NCBI RefSeq assembly: GCF_006345805.1
Contig: NW_021835829.1
Coordinates: 1-40,144, forward strand
Origin: Octopus sinensis
Lineage: Eukaryota
DNA: 40,144 bases
Direction of reading: 5' to 3'
Of this stretch, positions 36,678 through 40,144 are shown one piece after another. The position numbers and the translations under genes were made by a program. The notes beneath the pieces are model-generated. The model was not told the DNA's origin, did no database searches, and saw nothing but the letters and a program-made list of their open reading frames with translations. The first letter of the stretch is position 1, and each line of letters starts with the position of its first letter.

Positions 36678-36891
36678 ATATATATATACATACACATATA
36701 CATATATGTACAACTTTTCATTTTGATCACAAGCCAACGACTTTAGATATTTTCTCAACATGAAACCATTGGCAGGCATAATATGCAAATAAAAGACTTT
36801 ATCCATCAATGCAGTATTGAACACTCATCTCATCGTTCCACATTTACGTATATGTACTCACTCACACACCACACACATCACATCACATCAC

Positions 36892-36958
<67 letters not shown>

Positions 36959-37686
36959 ATATATACGCAACATATTTGCCATTTGAACAATCGTGATAAA
37001 TTTAATGCCTGTGAACTAATTTTTGACCTCGCTAAAAAGAAAGCGCGTGAAACACAAACGATTTTTCGCAGGCAATTTCTCTGCCATAAATATATCACTT
37101 CTATTCATTTCGTATTTATATGGCGTCGCTTTCTCGGTGATATTCCACTTTATACTAACGTCATTCTTTAAAACTCCAAAAATACAGTGGCGATGCTATA
37201 GAATTCATTTTACATCGGGATTACAAAGAATAATTTTACTGTGTATATTGGTCGCTGAAGAATTTCTCAACCGATCCTATAAGTACTATTTCAATACTAT
37301 CCTATTTTTGTACATTAATCTACTCTTCGGACCCCAGTAGAAATTTGTTAAAGGAAACAGCTTAGCACATCATTGTTTATGCACATTAAGAAACTGCAAA
37401 GCAGTAGCGATAAACATACAATTTAGTACCACATGAGCGACTGTGTAATGGAAAGTTTTCTGTTGAGAGCGCATCGTTGTGAAAAATGAACACATTTAAA
37501 AAAATAAGATATTTTACAAAGGCACCGAATACTGGCGATATCTCTGAACCTGTATCACACACGTTATCTATTAATCTCTGCTTTCGGTAAATATATCGAC
37601 CTACAATACCTACATCATGTACACACACGCACACTCACACGGATATTAAGGCCCAGACACACAAGCAATACACATGTGTTCGTGCG

Positions 37687-37732
<46 letters not shown>

Positions 37733-37771
37733 CGAAAGAAGGTTTGAAAATGCAATTTAAAAGATGTTTAT

Positions 37772-37816
37772 TTACTTTACCGGTTTCACTCTTTGGAAAA
37801 AGATTGTCAAAAGTAA
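37772..37816 (-). ncRNA. Decayed minimal type I hammerhead ribozyme
   Basis: The minus strand reads TTACTT-TTGACAA-TCTTT(TTCC)AAAGA-GT-GAAA-CCGGT-A-AAGTAA. This gives a 6-bp stem I, palindromic ACCGGT, a GTA triplet and a core two transitions from CTGACGA. Confidence 0.55.
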
Positions 37817-38321
37817 CATGTAGAAGTTTGGTTGCGTTAATTATTGGTTGTTGCAAATTGCTACATTACATATATACAGTCTTTGGTAACAGGGACATGT
37901 TAAGGACATAAAAAAGTTCAACAAGTTCCTTAAAATATTAGGCACAAAAGATTACTACATAAATAATCGTTCTCAAGGAGATGCTTAAGATAGTTTCCAG
38001 AAGGAATTGATATTGGTATTGTATCTGTATATTCAAACATGCACAGAATATTGGTTGACACAGAGTAATATAATCCATATAAATATACATTCTTTGGTGA
38101 CAAGAGTATGTTGAGAATATAAAAAAGTATATATATATATATATATATATATACCACCCAATAAGTTAGGGGTTGTGGATGCAACTCACTAAGGGATAAT
38201 ACTTATCCAATATACTGTTGTTATAATACCCAATTATTAATAGACAAGTGTTTTTAATTGCAATGCAATAAACTTACTTATTGTATTAAATGGGTGAAGG
38301 TAAAGAGATATTTTACCACTA

Positions 38322-38568
38322 ATTTATATTACAAATAAGAAAATGCAGAAACAATTTAGTTGGTTCATCAACTTTAGGATATTAAAATGCTGACTTATTT
38401 ATTTGTCAAAAGGACAACCATAATAACATACATGCTTATATACAGTATTCCATCGAATGTATGTATGTTACTATGGTTGTCCTTTTGATAAATAAGTCAA
38501 CATTTTAATATCCTAAAGTTGATGAACCAAATAATGTACTTCTCCATTTTCATATTTGCTATATAAAT
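38322..38568. repeat. Long inverted repeat (MITE/foldback-like), arms of about 110 bp and a 27-bp spacer
   Basis: 38361-38433 against the reverse complement of 38461-38529 differs by 2 substitutions and one 4-nt indel. The outer arms match more loosely. Confidence 0.85.
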
Positions 38569-38739
38569 ATATATATTATATATTTAATTAGAGGTTGTGT
38601 TAACCTCATGAAGGGATGGTTTCATCCAAGGAAAAATTGTTTCAATATCTAATATTTTTTTGGGGGGGAGGGGGTGAATTTCCTTAGAATAAGAGATATA
38701 TTAAGAACAGTTTTTATTAATTTAAAAGAAGACAAAGAA

Positions 38740-39688
38740 AATGGAAACTGGGAAGTAATTAATTGTTTATTGTTAACAGCAAATTGGTCGTCTTCACTAA
38801 TTACCAGTTTGCTCCTAATAATAAACAATTATTGACTTGCCAGTCTCCATCTTTTTCTTATTTTAGATGTATATATATATATATATATATATATACATGT
38901 GTGTGTATGTGTGTGTGTGTGTACATGCGTGCGTGTGTGTGTATGTATGTGTGTATGAGAGAGAGAAAGAGAGAGGCAATGTTAATTTACTCCCGACGTA
39001 GTGTGCTCTGCATCTAGCAAAATATCCTAGACTTATTATTATTGCTTACCAAGGGAAATAAGGAACGGTTATCTCCCTTACGCTGCAAAAATACATTTTT
39101 CGATTTATGGTTATTATTCCAACTAAAATTTATATTGTGATTATCGTTATGATTTGATTTCATGTCCTGATTAACAGAAGTAGAATTAATGTCAATGGCG
39201 TTGATATAGTAAATTTTTCTTTATGGCCTACTTTAAGTAAGGCAGAGTTATAAAATTCAGCTTTATCGTTAAAGATATCAAGATTAGCAGATGATCTAGA
39301 AAGTTTACGTGAAATATTACAAGTCTCTTGTAATAATCTTCGGATGATTACTGACAAAGTTAATATATTTTAAATTACCTGAGGATTTATGGTCATAATG
39401 TTTAAGCCTAGGTTTCCGAAAAATTTAACCAACCTATTTTTAACTCTTTGTAATTTTTGGTTAGAAACATTTTGAAGGCAGAGTAGACAATCATGACGAT
39501 ATAAACTTCCATTGATGTTTGGGAATTGGTCAGCCATCGCATAAAGGATGTATATACCGATCAAATCAGCCAATTGTGCTAAGTCAGAACTGCCCATCGT
39601 GACATCAAAACTACGAGGCGTGTCTTTACGGACCGATAACTTATTTTCAAATTTAATGATTGATTTTCTGGCAGCTTAAATTGTAAGT

Positions 39689-39690
<2 letters not shown>
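38740..39690 (-). mobile_element. Decayed Penelope-like element (RT core, thumb and possible C-terminus)
   Basis: RKSIIKFENKLSVRKDTPRSFDVTMGSSDLAQLADLIGIYIL..SLYRHDCL..LVKFFGNLGLNI; ISRKLSRSSANLDIFNDKAEFYNSALLKVGHKEKF; KLVISEDDQFAVNNKQLI (weak). The catalytic YRDD is mutated to YRHD. Confidence 0.85.
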
Positions 39691-39726
<36 letters not shown>

Positions 39727-39771
39727 TAAATAAATGCACGCACGTTTATAAGTTTAGTATATATATATATA

Positions 39772-40113
39772 TCGTTTTGTTTACCATGTAGGCAGTCATC
39801 GAAATTTTTGTTTGTCTTGTTGTCGAGAGACGCTGCCTTTCTTTCCTGATGAGAAGATTGCATATGCACCCTTATTTCTGGAATGAAAACATGTTGTTTT
39901 CGAAACTATGTCGAGAGTAAAGGAATTTTGTTAACATCTTGGTTCGACTCATTCTTTCATTTATTCATATACAACAACAAAATTACTGCACATGAACCCG
40001 GAGTTTCTACCCTTGGACAGGTCGCTTCACCGTGGTTTCTGACGTGAATTTGCTACCAGGTTTCGGTTAAACGAATTTTCCATGCTGACGATAAACATAG
40101 GATAATTCATTCA

Positions 40114-40115
<2 letters not shown>
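39772..40115 (+). mobile_element. Probable PLE 3' end/pLTR, in opposite orientation to the adjacent RT
   Basis: CRQSSKFLF resembles the PLE ORF end CRHxxKFLL. It is followed by a hammerhead, and (TA)n lies on both sides. Confidence 0.55.
39836..39923 (+). ncRNA. Candidate intact type I hammerhead ribozyme
   Basis: Stem I CCTTTCTTTC/GAGAG(T)AAAGG (10 pairs, 1 bulge). CTGATGA at 39846-52. Stem II closed by GAAGA/TTTTC with G-C at the base. GAAA at 39902-05. Stem III AC-TAT-GT. GTC triplet, cut after 39912. Confidence 0.7.

Positions 40116-40144
<29 letters not shown>

Overview
This is a very AT-rich, microsatellite-dense eukaryotic window with no confidently identifiable host-gene exon, so it is probably intronic or intergenic. 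The SINE families and repeat landscape match what I recall of octopod cephalopod (Octopus) genomes; that assignment is recognition, not a database result. Almost all long ORFs in the supplied track are translations of simple repeats. The real content is: three tRNA-derived SINE families in many copies (nested, tandem and inverted), the 3' end of a CR1/L2-group LINE whose tail is shared with the CORE-type SINE, two Tc1/mariner transposase remnants, and two large decayed Penelope-like elements (PLEs; RT plus GIY-YIG). The main hidden signal is a cluster of type I hammerhead-ribozyme motifs with palindromic stem III (10447, 12608, 13273, 35569, 37810, 39846, plus half-motifs at 3178 and 36128). 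Three of them lie inside mutually unrelated 362-496 bp units that carry a 50-120 bp terminal direct repeat and are bounded by (TA)n. This suggests a retrozyme-like or PLE-parasitic ribozyme element system that co-occurs with PLE remnants. All structures were paired by eye and none has been tested computationally or experimentally. Coordinates of decayed elements are approximate.
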